Below are positions 22,060 through 33,506 of a stretch of 64,000 nucleotides of DNA, in pieces (position 1 is the first letter of the stretch; each line of letters opens with the position of its first letter). This DNA comes from Mayamaea pseudoterrestris. Its lineage: Eukaryota. The stretch covers positions 310,001 to 374,000 of the forward strand of contig BROI01000003.1 in the NCBI GenBank assembly GCA_027923505.1. Direction: 5' to 3'. The notes beneath the pieces were generated by a model. It made no database searches and was not told where the DNA came from. It saw only the letters and a list, made by a program, of their open reading frames with translations. The translations under genes and the position numbers were made by a program.

Positions 22060-23622
22060 ATGTTCTCAAGCATTGCTTCGCATGCTTTTTCAGCCTTGGT
22101 TTCGTCCATTGTAATTTGGGGCAGAAGGGCACGTGACTCTGAAACGATACAAAATGTTTCCGTCTGGGTCAATGCCGCCTTGGATGCGGCTGGCGTCCCA
22201 GAGGAAGACTTGCCGTCGATCGCCTCGTTGAGCTACACGCTGCTGATTGTGGTTGGAAGCATTATATGTTACGTGATTCATTGGAGAAGGCGTCGTCAGC
22301 TGATGGGTCTTTTGGCCGAAGCGGAAGCTCGGCTTCGGTATTTGAATGAAAAGCTATTGACGCCAGACTCGTCCAAGCCAGTGAGAGTCTTCATGGATGG
22401 AGCCTTTGATTGTCTACAGTAAGTATAGAGTTGAGAATCAGCTTCATGGTGGTTGAACCTCTTTGGCTTCCGAGAGGGGACAGATTCGTCGTCGATCGAG
22501 ATTCCTTGCAATTTCGATTCAAGATGCAGCTTAAACTATGTTTCTTACATTATTCCCTTGATTCCTTTGTATAGCTACGGTCACATGAATGCATTTCGCT
22601 TGGCGCGGTCGCTCGGCACACATTTGATTGTCGGAGTTAACTCTGACGAATCCATTACAGCCTGCAAGGGCGCTCCTCTCATGAATGACGACGAACGATT
22701 AACTATGGTTTCGGCCTGCAAATTTGTCGACGAAGTTGTACCAAACTGCCCCTATGTCATGAGTAAGGAATACTTGGACTATGTCATTGAAAATTACAAT
22801 ATTGATTATGTCGTACATGGAGATGACCCATGCATTGTCGATGGCAAGGACGTTTACGCCGAAGCCAAGCGATCCGGCAAGTTTCGAACAATTCCTAGAA
22901 CAGACGGCGTGTCAACGACTGACATTGTCGGCCGCATGCTCATTATGACCAAGGAGCATCACCTTCATAGATCGTTGAGCGACGTTTCAATCAGCAGTGG
23001 CAGCAATCGCAAGGATACCATAGAGCGACTTGGCCAGCAGTCAAAGTTTCTCACGACTAGTAGAATGCTGCAACTCTTCAGCGCAAACGTCAAGGCGCCC
23101 ACCAAAGGTATGCATGTTGTCTATATCGATGGTGCATGGGATCTGTTTCACCCTGGACATGTTGCAATTCTGAAAGCAGCGCGAGCGCGAGGTGATTATT
23201 TGATTGTTGGCATTCATGGCGATGCCGTTGTAAATAGTGTCAAGGGAATGAATCTTCCACTGATGAATCTTCACGAGCGAGTCTTGAGTGTACTTGGTTG
23301 TCAGTATGTCAATGACGTTTTGATTGACGCGCCATACGAAATATCGGAGGAAATGATTGAAACGCTGCATATTTCCGAAGTTGTGCGAGGTTCCATCGCG
23401 GACAACGCGGCCAGTACTCACGACATGGATATAAGATATCGTCAAGCAATGAATGCTGGAATCTTTTCGGTGATAGAAAGCACGAGCGACTTTCGAATCA
23501 GCAATGTAATACAAAGGATACAACGGAATCATGAAACGTTTCAAGCAAAATTTGAACGAAAACGTGTCGCTGAGCAGCAATACTATCGCGAGAAGCAAAA
23601 CAACTTTAATTCTTGTGCATAG
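22060..23622 (+). CDS. PECT1: Ethanolamine-phosphate cytidylyltransferase (two CTP-transferase domains), 2 exons (intron 22419-22574)
   Basis: Spliced MDGAFDCLHYGH, RTDGVSTTDIVGRML and a second-domain DGAWDLFHPGH. There is an N-terminal hydrophobic anchor. Confidence 0.93.
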
Positions 23623-23748
23623 CATGAAACGAATAAGTCTAAATGAATTTTGTAAAAGCTAGCGTTATTAACTGTAATACCTATTTATAGTTGTTGTGGA
23701 GTTATGGATGCAAAAATTTAACCAACGCACGTGTTCGATGTGAGGCTT

Positions 23749-26060
23749 TTATACCGCTCGCGCCTCGATCATGGGGTCCACCTTCTTGGACTTGTGACGC
23801 TTGCGAGGAGGTCCCTTACTGTACTGGACGGCTTCCAAGTACTTTTCTTGCTTATGATCCTCTTTGTCGTCCTTGTCCGAGTCCTCGCTCGACATGGAAT
23901 CCGCCTTCTTATCCTCAGAGTTCCAGTCCGACTCGTCGACGGAGCTGCAGCTTTCCTGCTGCTGGGATGACGAATCTGTCACTGTCGCCGGAGCTTGGCC
24001 AGCTCCCGACGTATTCGAGTTCGTTTCTTCGCTATCTTCTTGCTGTTCTCGTGTGCGCGTAACTGTCTGCTGAGCCACGGCACTTTCGAATGAGTTGCGA
24101 AGGGAATTCAAGAAACCCATCATGATGGCGCCATCCTCGCTGGACTGTGGCGGAGCAGGTGCGGCCACTTTGACTTTCTTCGTTTTAACATGTGCGTCCG
24201 GCGCGGATGAGCTGGGGCGCTTGGTTGAAGCAATGCTCGTAAACTTCGTTCCATTACCTGGAGTGCTGATGGGCGCATGAGGAGCCACTTGGGTTGGCAC
24301 CAAGCTTGATACCGATGGGCCACGGCATGGCTGACTTCCTTGTTTGGCCCCCAAACTTGTCGAGGAGAGGGTGGGAATGAGAGCCTTTGGGCGCTGATTA
24401 GAATGCGACGCTGACGGACCATTGTCAGCGGATGTATGCGTCGATTGACTGACGACGCTGCCACGTGCGGCATTACCCGGTAACGCAGCTAAGCTATGTG
24501 CAATAAATTTTGTGGCTGACGAACCATTATCAGCCGCTTGAGCAGCAAGATGCTGCTCGTACGTCCTCTTGAGTTGATCAAGGAAAACGTTCTGTGTTGG
24601 TTTCAGATTATCCAAGCCTTGACATGTAACATTCAAACCTGGCAATTCTTGCGAAGAAGGTGCCTTGAAAGATTGCGGTGCATCCTGTAGGCTCGCGCCG
24701 ACGCTTGTCTTTGTTCCGACTTGAAGCCCATGAAAAGAGTGGGTCGGTGGCGCAAGGGCTTCGCGTTGTAGAAGACTGCTGGGCTCTCTGTTTGCCACTG
24801 AGAATGCCGGCTGTTGTAGCGGCGCTTGTTTCACCGCATTCGCGGCAGCTTGTGCCAATAGTAGCTGAGCAAGAGCAATGTCAAGTTGCCTGAAAGGTGA
24901 ATGATCATATGGTGTAAGCTACTGTCTGTCCACAGTTCCTGTGTTTCATACCAATATAACACACTTGCACTACTTACAATCCGTTTCCACTGCTGGTAGC
25001 AGGGGCTGGTGCTGCTGGGCGAAGGAACGAAGCTTGCTGAGGAGCCGGGTTGAAAGAACGTGGCGCGACTGTTGTAGCAGGAGCTGGAGCAGTCGTTAGA
25101 CCATGGATCAACGATTGAAGACCTTGCAGCGACAATGAATATCCGCCGAGGCCGCCAACATCCATGGGAGCGGTCATGGGCACACTATGTGCATCATTCA
25201 TCGACAACCAAGAGGGAATGCCAGAAATAGAAGGCGCTCGACTAGCTTGCTGCTGTTGAGTCAAAGCGAGCGCAATGTCAAACTGCGGTGCCAATGGCAC
25301 GCCCGGTCGTCCCTCCTCGATGCGCACTTGAAACCGTCGTTCCAACATGTCGAGCTCGGCCTTTGCCAATTGTAGCTCTAAGATACTAGGCTGGGGCTTG
25401 TCGCGAACTTGAAAGACCCTTCTTCCAAGACAGGAAGCTCCGGCATACTTTTTGGTGACTCTCATAGGATCACAGTTCAACTTTTCCGCAATGTAGGAGC
25501 GAAGTGTTGCTCCTTCCGGCAAAGCCAAGAGACCAATGCTAAAGTAGTGGATGATTCGTGATGTAAACTCCTCTTCTTCAATCTAATATAGAAAGAGATA
25601 TAGGTTGCAATTAGCGACAGGGATGCGTGACTGGCGCCGTGGCCATGAGCGATGGAAAATTGACTGCATCGTTGCAAAAAGAATCACTTACCGTCCATTT
25701 TCCTTTGCGTAGTTTTGATCTATCAAGCTTCTTCCTTTTAGATCCTCCGGCTTGCTTATCGCTTTTCCCATCATCTGATTCGTCCTCCCCATCACCACTA
25801 CTGGATGAACTTTGATCGCTGCTCGCCGTGGGAGAAGTGGAGTTGGCCGATCGCGACGCTGACGACGTAGGTCGCGCGTCTTCCGGTCGCAACAGATGCG
25901 ATGAACTCGAAGCCATTCCTGTGGCTTTCGTATTCATTTCCATTGCATTTCCAAGCGGAATAGAGTTGTTGCGGCTCTGTGGTGGCTCGGCACCTCTGTT
26001 TGCTTGAATCGCAGGATCTGCCGCTGCAGATTCCATGCTTGCCGCTTGGCTAACGTTCAT
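23749..26060 (-). CDS. Stramenopile Myb/SANT-like putative transcription factor, about 3 exons
   Basis: Spliced LRKGKWT|IEEEEFTSRIIHYFSIGLLALPEGATLRSYIAEKLNCDPMRVTKK. The remainder is low complexity. Confidence 0.7.
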
Positions 26061-26230
26061 AATCTGCGAAGAACGGTCAAAATGAAAATCTTTTAAACTC
26101 TTGATCTCTTGTTCAACTGCTATACATAAATAGAAACGCTATCGTTGCGTTTCCTGTCCATTTTGCAATGAATCGCTTGGTCTCTCTCGTTCGATTCCAG
26201 AACGCCAGAATGAGACCAATCGCAAAAAAT

Positions 26231-26326
26231 ACGTCATGCAAAGTTCGGAGGCAGTGTTAACGATGACGCAAAATATACTTGCGTGACGCAAAATGAGAGT
26301 ACGTCATTAGATGTCAGCAGGCGTCA
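26231..26326. promoter_or_regulatory. Cluster of TGACG(T/C) bZIP-type cores in a divergent promoter
   Basis: ACGTCA at 26231 and 26301, TGACGCAAAAT at 26264 and 26284, and GCGTCA at 26321. Confidence 0.5.
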
Positions 26327-26922
26327 ACGATCGTAATTTGTTAGGGTGCAGAAAATTGCACCAAACGCTATCACTGTTGAACAATAAGTGCAACGCCACG
26401 TAGACCTGTGGAGATGAACAGATGCGATTGGTGCAAACGAGAAGTCGAGCGAATCCGAAAGAAAAGAAAACGAAAGTGGGCATCAGATGAGTCATCAAGG
26501 TCAACTAGCGACATCACGTCTTCCAAATTTCTGGCATCTTTCATGCGTGCTGTAATGACGCATTTCGAGTGTCACATCGCATCACTTTTCATTCGAGAAT
26601 TCACGAATCTTCTAAAAGGGGGTGCGGTGCTTGTCAAGGGGCGGGGTCGCGGGCGAAATCTTTTGGAGCGTCGGAGCTTCAACACGGCACCTCCCGCGCC
26701 ATGATGACCAACCGCATGCTCGTGCATGGTTCCTGAATCCATTCTGGCGCTATCTTTGGTGTCTCTGGTCGACTGAAACGATATATTTGATTGCAACTTT
26801 TGAATTTGACAACAAAATCAGCCGTTTCGTTGAGGAAAGCAGCATCCTTTGCAAAGAAGCAACTAGCGCAGAATTCGTCCATTTGTTCGATCGTCCCAGC
26901 AGAGTCGACGGCTAATATCGCC

Positions 26923-28612
26923 ATGGACAAGAGCAATCCGCACATGAATATTCATCAGCCCCTCTTTGCACCAGCCTCGCAAGCTGCAGGTACTCAGGTA
27001 TGCCTATTGATCGATTCCTTGCAGCAAGCTTTGTGCAGGTTTTCGTATCGTATCACTTGGCTCACCTCTATCATTGTTATGCATCTTATTTTAGTCGGAG
27101 GACTTTGACCTAAGTGATATCTTTGGAGAGTATTTTCAGAATGAATTTGATGATCCAATGAACGCATATACGAGCTCAATGGCAAACTATACGGGCGGAC
27201 AAATAGCAAACCCCATGGCGCCGACGCCCATTATGCAGAATGCAACTTCGACGAATACTACTGCAATGAGTTTACCGACGGGAGGCATTCGAACGACCTT
27301 TCATTACACTAGCGCTCCATCCGTTGTACAACAACAGCAGCAACAACAACAAGAGCAGCCTCTGCCAAAAAAGCCTCGGATAGACCCAGGGATGAACGAT
27401 AACCAAATGGTAGCGCAGCAATATCAGCAAACGTTGCAGCAGCAGTTGGCGCAGCAACAAGCTATGCAGCAGCAACAACAACAACAACAACAGCAACCAC
27501 ATCCAAATACACAATACATATTGCAGCAGCAGCAATTACAGCAAGCTGCCATGGCAGCACATCAGCAAAACATGATGCAGCAGTCAAACATGCCGACTGC
27601 TCCGCAGCACGGCGGAGTCCAACTTCCCATTGGCGTCGGCATTCGACTCGGCAATTTAACTGGCATTGCTCCAGCAGCAACCATGGTGCAATCGTCGTCG
27701 CAACAACAACGCATGCCGGGAATGCCGGGAGTACCAATCAACCACCAGCACCCGTTCAACCTTTGGGGCGGCGGCATGCCCATGGTGGGAGGAGCACTCG
27801 GCACGGAAACCAACGCGGCCGAGCGACGCCAACGGAACCGCGAGCATGCCAAGCGGAGTCGAGTGCGGAAAAAGTTCATGCTCGAGGCACTGCAGGGAGA
27901 AGTGACGGAGCTGCAAAAGATTAACCAGTGGTTGCGCATGCTGATCCAGGAGCATATTCCGGAGCATGCCATGAAGATTATCACCGAGTGTTGTTCGACG
28001 AGTCCGCTGTTTGCCGATGACTGTGCGGATGGAGACGATAAGCGAAAGAACCAACCGTTGCTAAAGTCCGATTTCACTCTCATGCATACACTGAGTCTCG
28101 GACAGCAATGTTTCGTTTTGTCGGACCCAAAGCTACCCGACAATCCAATCGTTTATGCAAGTCCTGGTTTCTACAAACTCACTGGCTACACGAGCAAGGA
28201 GGTGCTTGGACGCAACTGTCGCTTTCTGCAGGGGCCTGGAACGGATCGTCAGGCTGTCGAAATTCTTCGTCAAGCCGTCAAGACGGGGTCCGATGCCACG
28301 GTCTGTCTCTTGAACTACAAGTCGGATGGTACTCCCTTTTGGAACCAGTTCTTTCTCGCGTCTCTCAGGGATTCTGACAATAACATTGTCAATTTTGTAA
28401 GTGTGTTTATAATGTGTGTGGGAAGGAATCTTCCGCTATTCGTTCTCGACGCTCGCTCATATCCATGCTTTTTTCATTCATAGGTTGGCGTGCAAACCGA
28501 AGTCGAACCAGACGCTGGGGTCAACGCGCTGGAAGAAAAAGTCAATGAAGTCCATCCACTTCTCAACAAGGACGATGATGATGACGATGACGACGGCAAT
28601 GATTCAAGCTAA
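26923..28612 (+). CDS. AUREO1: Aureochrome (bZIP-LOV blue-light receptor transcription factor), class 1-like, 3 exons (introns 26998-27094, 28397-28483)
   Basis: bZIP ERRQRNREHAKRSRVRKKF, LOV DPKLPDNPIVYAS...GRNCRFLQG...NF|VGVQ with the photoactive Cys intact, and a Q-rich N-terminus. Confidence 0.95.
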
Positions 28613-28855
28613 TGCTGCGACATGTTTACGGCGGGGTTGTGTCATCCGGTTGCGCGTCTTTAACAACTTTCCGTTAAATCTGTTTTTTATATATGTTTTT
28701 CGGCGGCGCTCTCCCCATATAACATACGGGCACTATGTAATAGACCATTTATCTGTTAGAAATTTGTTACTATATACTTTAAAGAAGAAGAGAATTATTC
28801 GCAATGCCAGTACCGTGGCCGGTTGTAAAGAAAGATATGTTTTAAGCTTATTGAC

Positions 28856-29785
28856 TCACCGCTGCCGTGTTGCAGAAGCCGCCTTTACGGATACACTATT
28901 ACTACTTTTACTTGTCGCAACTAGTGCACTCTTGCTAATGCGCACGAGTATTTGATCCATGGCTTCCGACGCCCGCATGCCTTCCTCCTCCGCCGGCGTG
29001 CGCAACTGTCCCGGCGCCCGACGATCCACCAGCATGAGCTTGCGCTGCCTGCTGCGCTGTCGTTTCGATAGCTGCACCAAGGCGACGGGGTCCATGTAAT
29101 TGTCGTCGTCGTCAGAGTCGGAATCATCGTTGGAACCATTAGCCTCGTTGCCATTAAGTGTTCGTTTCTTACTCCCTTTCTCGTGACTATTGTAACTACT
29201 TTGATTCTCAAACACCCAAACGTAGCCAACGGCTGGATGAAACCGCGCGCATGGACTGAGCGTCTTCTGCGCATGACCAAGGCCGCCCAAGACGCGCGCC
29301 ACGTGAGTCTTTTGAATGGATCGAATGGGCGGACTCTTGTAAATAACGCCCTGCACAATGTAGTAAACGTTCAATAGTTTGGTCGTGAATGAAGATGCAC
29401 TGCTGGTGTTCGTCGTCGTACTTGATGTTGTTGCTGAAAGGATGCCGCTTGTCCTTAGGACGTGTCGAATAGTGAATAGTTCGGATGGTTGCAGATACAG
29501 GGACGGTTCAGAGGGCGGCAACAGTTCATACTGCTCTCCAGTTAGTCTACCAAGAGCAATGTTATATTCCTCTTCGGCAGCTCGCGGAGACATTGGTTCA
29601 CCATTGTTTCCATGCTGCATGAGCATTCCAATGGATATTCCCTGCATGGCCAGTACTTCATTGGACGTGTTGGCAGACGTTCGAAACGGATTGAGCGGAT
29701 GCAAAAAGTAGTCAATCGCATTGACTCTAGAGAGGCCGAAGCGCGCTAAAAAGACGGGATCCACAAAGGAAGCTGTATCTGACAT
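28856..29785 (-). CDS. MED6: Mediator complex subunit 6
   Basis: NAIDYFLHPLNPF...TSNEVL, LFTIRH and YYIVQGVIYKSP. Confidence 0.8.
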   Translation of the reverse strand: MSDTASFVDPVFLARFGLSRVNAIDYFLHPLNPFRTSANTSNEVLAMQGISIGMLMQHGNNGEPMSPRAAEEEYNIALGRLTGEQYELLPPSEPSLYLQPSELFTIRHVLRTSGILSATTSSTTTNTSSASSFTTKLLNVYYIVQGVIYKSPPIRSIQKTHVARVLGGLGHAQKTLSPCARFHPAVGYVWVFENQSSYNSHEKGSKKRTLNGNEANGSNDDSDSDDDDNYMDPVALVQLSKRQRSRQRKLMLVDRRAPGQLRTPAEEEGMRASEAMDQILVRISKSALVATSKSSNSVSVKAASATRQR

Positions 29786-30037
29786 GGTAATAGTAGGTGT
29801 TGCTATACTGGTTCTGGAATAGACAATTGCTCGAGTTCATTGATGCAGCTCCGAAACGCGGCGACAATCCAAAGGGTTGGAGTACCGGAACGACAAGTAG
29901 TGTTAACACCGATGCGACGTCCACCGATCGTGCTTCGAAAGCCAACCGTTTCGACGATGAGCAATCATCCTCGTTCATTGCATCTCTTTCACCTGTCTAT
30001 CAAGTCATTGGCGACACAGAATTCCGAATTCAGACAT

Positions 30038-31393
30038 ATGAAGACCAAGAAGCGCTCACGTGAGCCGTACGTTGCTCCAGCTCCTCCGACAGTTGGCGAC
30101 CAAGTTGAAAATGACACCTCACGTCAAACGCGCCGCGCCAAGCAGAGTCGGGCATCCGTCCATCTTTCGCACGACACGCGCAACACAAAATCGGCCTTGA
30201 AGCTCAAACTGCATCGGACGCGACTGGAACGTCTTGTATCTAGTCTCAAGCAACGACTGCAGTCGTGGGATCCAGTCGCCGAGGAGGAACGAAGCGTTGC
30301 GGAAGCCAAGCAGCGCGCCGTCGAGTTGGAGCAGTCGCAAGCAGACTATGTCAAGCCAAAGAAGCGGGGCCGCCTGGGCCCAGAGTCATGGAAGTTGCGC
30401 GGCGCCGCGCGACCGGCGAGTGAAATGTACGACTTTGACGTTCGCTACGTGGATCCCCACCTGCAGGCGCACGAGCGTGCCAAGGAAAAATCGCAGCGAG
30501 TCATGAATTTGCTGGCAATGGCCAAGCTTTCCAAGCAGCAAGGATCTTCAAAATCGTTTCTGGATTATTCCGGTGACGTTGGAAGAAAGTACTTGGCGCA
30601 TTTGATGCAACTGGCGCATGTGAGTCAGGAAATGAAACACTTCAAGACGGCTCGCGAATGCTTTTTGGATTGCTTGGAGTTGGACACGGATGGCATTACG
30701 ACGGCACGAGAGGATTTGATGCGCATGTATATTGGTTTGAAACGAACCGATGCCGCGTTGAGGCTTGGTGAGCGATTGGAGCATGACGAGTCGGTGTGGA
30801 TTCGTTATTCGCATGCGCTGCTGGTTCATCAAGCCACGCCCACCGAGGCTGAACCGCTATTGGTGCGTGCCATTCAAGCAAATCCATTCTGCGCATACTA
30901 TCTTGCCTTTTACGACACTTTCTTTAATGTCATGGAATATACGGAGGAGCTGGAAGGTGCAGATGATGTGCCGCAGAGCTCTCTCGAGGAAGCCATTGAA
31001 TATTGCGCCAGCGAGGCGAGTGAGCAGTGGATCTCATCCAAAGCCGCAGACGAGCTGCAAAGACTATTGTTGCAAGCTAGGAAAGGTAGCCATTCGACGT
31101 TGAAATCGTCCATGATTGACTGGGAGAAGCGATTAGAGGAGATCGAGGCGCAATGCGAAGCAATAGCGGCAGAAGCTGATGTTGATGATGAAATAATAAA
31201 AGATAAAAGCCAGTCCGTTGAGGGCGAAACCAGTGCTGATAAAGACGAGGCATCACCTGATAGCGGCGATGACGACGGGGAGGACGACTTAGAGGAAGAT
31301 GACGATGAAATGTCGCCTGTCGATGTAAGAATGTATGCTGGCATGTTCCGGACTGCCATGGAAATGCTCGACGAGTCTGGTCGTTTAAAATAG
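30038..31393 (+). CDS. Hypothetical protein with TPR-like helices and an acidic tail
   Basis: Long ORF with ARECFLDCLELD and LVRAIQANPFCAYY (TPR-like). The start codon is uncertain (29840 or 30038). Confidence 0.6.
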   Translation: MKTKKRSREPYVAPAPPTVGDQVENDTSRQTRRAKQSRASVHLSHDTRNTKSALKLKLHRTRLERLVSSLKQRLQSWDPVAEEERSVAEAKQRAVELEQSQADYVKPKKRGRLGPESWKLRGAARPASEMYDFDVRYVDPHLQAHERAKEKSQRVMNLLAMAKLSKQQGSSKSFLDYSGDVGRKYLAHLMQLAHVSQEMKHFKTARECFLDCLELDTDGITTAREDLMRMYIGLKRTDAALRLGERLEHDESVWIRYSHALLVHQATPTEAEPLLVRAIQANPFCAYYLAFYDTFFNVMEYTEELEGADDVPQSSLEEAIEYCASEASEQWISSKAADELQRLLLQARKGSHSTLKSSMIDWEKRLEEIEAQCEAIAAEADVDDEIIKDKSQSVEGETSADKDEASPDSGDDDGEDDLEEDDDEMSPVDVRMYAGMFRTAMEMLDESGRLK

Positions 31394-31459
31394 GGACCGC
31401 TGTTGCTTTATAATATGATTCAAACAAACGTAAGATAATATTCTAGCTCTATAACAAAA

Positions 31460-33214
31460 TCACTTTGTTGATCCCAAAATGAGGTCCATCAAAGGCGAAG
31501 AAAGTATGTTCTTGGAGTCGTATATTCTCCGCGCCTCATTAAACTTGTCGAGTGGAAATCTAGATTGCAAAAACAGTTGCAAGTCTATGAGTCGCCAGAC
31601 GGAGCTTGGTTGCTCCAGCTTCGCCCAATGACTGGTAGCGTTCACGCCTACACCAACCTCGCGCAAAACGTTGCAATACTCGTTGAGAAATAGGTCCGTG
31701 ATACGTCGACGTTGGATTGGATCATCCGACGGCAAGTAGTTAATAATTCCAACCCACGAGTGCAAACCGTTCGGCGGTCCATGCGCCGGTGACATGAGAG
31801 ACGACGATGAAGCGGTCCAACGTTGCTCAATGGGTGAATGAGCTGGAATGTCATTCTCTTCAATGCTTTGCATTAGCTGATCCATCAGGTGCAGATCATT
31901 GCCGTTGTTTTCGTCCTGCGTACCCGTAGGAAAGCAAACCTCCCACACCCATTGTTGTCCGCCGCAGTCAAACTGTAAAAGCTGGTCACTCGGCAAGACT
32001 CTGTAGCCTTGACTGTTGCGCCAAAATTCTGCTTCCGCCTCGTTGCAGCGCCGCACATGGTCAACCTTGAGCGGATCGATCGCCAAGATGGCATCCCTTA
32101 GCTCTCCAAAGCCCATACCATTCATGCTTTCTAAAGTGTATGGATGCGACAAGTCTTTTGTAACGTTAATGAGCAAGTCATAGAATGGTTTAAACCGCTC
32201 CTCCTCACTCGCCAGTTCCACCTTTGGCACTGTTTGCACTGCATCCTCCGGATCGTTCGTCACAACAACGACTGCGTCTGCGTACGGAATCCACATGTAT
32301 CGCATGTGCTTGTGTTGCTTCAGTAGCGCGTCAAGTTGTTGCTTTGCCTCCTCGCGCGTCAAGACGAACGTATGCTCCACCAACTGATGCGCCGGTATGC
32401 ACTGCATGGTGATTTCCACCACCACGCCCAAACAACCCAACCCAACCTTGGCCAAGTGAAATAGCTCACCATCCGCTTCGGTCAATGTCAACAAGCCTTT
32501 GGCTGGTGTCACTAGTTTCATTTCCGTCACATAGTGATCGACTGGCGCAACGCATCGACCAGTCCCATGCGCGCCCACTTGCACGAAGCCTCCCATTTGC
32601 TGCTCGGCAATGCTCGCCAAGTTTGGCAGCGTCATGTCGTAACGTCGCAACGTTTCCACCACTTGACTCACGCGGGCGCCGGCTTGCACCGTCACCGTCA
32701 TGTGTTTCGTGTTCACGTGCAAGACTTGATCCAAATTAGCCAAGCTCATCATGCCGTCGGCTGAAAAGGAGAGTCCGTTCGGCGACAGGGCCGAGCCCAC
32801 CGGCCGCACCTTGCAAGCGCGATGGTGACAGTCCGCTAAAATGTGAATGACTTCGTTGATTGACTCTGGTTCGTAGTAGTTGGCGTTGGAGACTTGGACG
32901 GCATGTGTTCCGCTCCAGTTGAGAATGGAGGTTGTTTCGTCGTCAGGTGCTGCTGCTGCATTCGTCTCCTCACTGTCCGTCGTGAACGGCGGCGATTGCA
33001 AATTACATGAAAATGACTCCAAGCGAGTCGGTTTTTGATTTCTCTCCGATTCCGAGCAAACTAGCAGTAGTGCAGCAGCACCCGATAGGACTGGAAGCCA
33101 TGATGGTGGAACTAGTCGTGTCGTTGATTGACTGCTGGCGTGCCGAAACGTCGCACATGCGAAACATTTTCGCGACACCAAATCTAGTCTTCGCAATGCT
33201 GATGCAGTCATCAT
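31460..33214 (-). CDS. GLDH: L-galactono-1,4-lactone dehydrogenase (ascorbate synthesis, mitochondrial)
   Basis: NWSGTH, RPVGSALSPNG, QVGAHGTG, FDCGGQQWV, PIEQRWTA and HWAKLE. Confidence 0.93.
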   Translation of the reverse strand: MMTASALRRLDLVSRKCFACATFRHASSQSTTRLVPPSWLPVLSGAAALLLVCSESERNQKPTRLESFSCNLQSPPFTTDSEETNAAAAPDDETTSILNWSGTHAVQVSNANYYEPESINEVIHILADCHHRACKVRPVGSALSPNGLSFSADGMMSLANLDQVLHVNTKHMTVTVQAGARVSQVVETLRRYDMTLPNLASIAEQQMGGFVQVGAHGTGRCVAPVDHYVTEMKLVTPAKGLLTLTEADGELFHLAKVGLGCLGVVVEITMQCIPAHQLVEHTFVLTREEAKQQLDALLKQHKHMRYMWIPYADAVVVVTNDPEDAVQTVPKVELASEEERFKPFYDLLINVTKDLSHPYTLESMNGMGFGELRDAILAIDPLKVDHVRRCNEAEAEFWRNSQGYRVLPSDQLLQFDCGGQQWVWEVCFPTGTQDENNGNDLHLMDQLMQSIEENDIPAHSPIEQRWTASSSSLMSPAHGPPNGLHSWVGIINYLPSDDPIQRRRITDLFLNEYCNVLREVGVGVNATSHWAKLEQPSSVWRLIDLQLFLQSRFPLDKFNEARRIYDSKNILSSPLMDLILGSTK

Positions 33215-33506
33215 TAGATATAAGATGTACAGTCTATTGAATGTAAATTCGAGACAATGATACGATCTGCCTCTTGTAGGTCTGAGAGCAATGTCCGATG
33301 GAGTGTGACAAAAACGAATGAATCAGCATCGTATGTCGCACCAGTACACGTGAAGCCCGCGCCGTCGCGCCCAAAATGATCGGTTCGGGTGCAAAGGATC
33401 ATCGTCTCGTCGCTCGTATACTTGAGACTCTTTCACTCTTATAGATAACGAAATAAAGACATTAAGCAAGCAAGCAATCAAGCAAAAAAAACAAACAGAG
33501 AATATT

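Noticed and set aside
22419..22574. PECT intron containing TGAGA...GAACCT and hairpins, resembling a TPP riboswitch or H/ACA snoRNA
   Set aside because: It lacks the CUGAU core and P1/P4/P5 pairing, and has no proper H or ACA boxes.
26140..26205. GTTCGATTCC, resembling a tRNA T-loop
   Set aside because: The T-stem is imperfect and no acceptor, D or anticodon arms can be formed.
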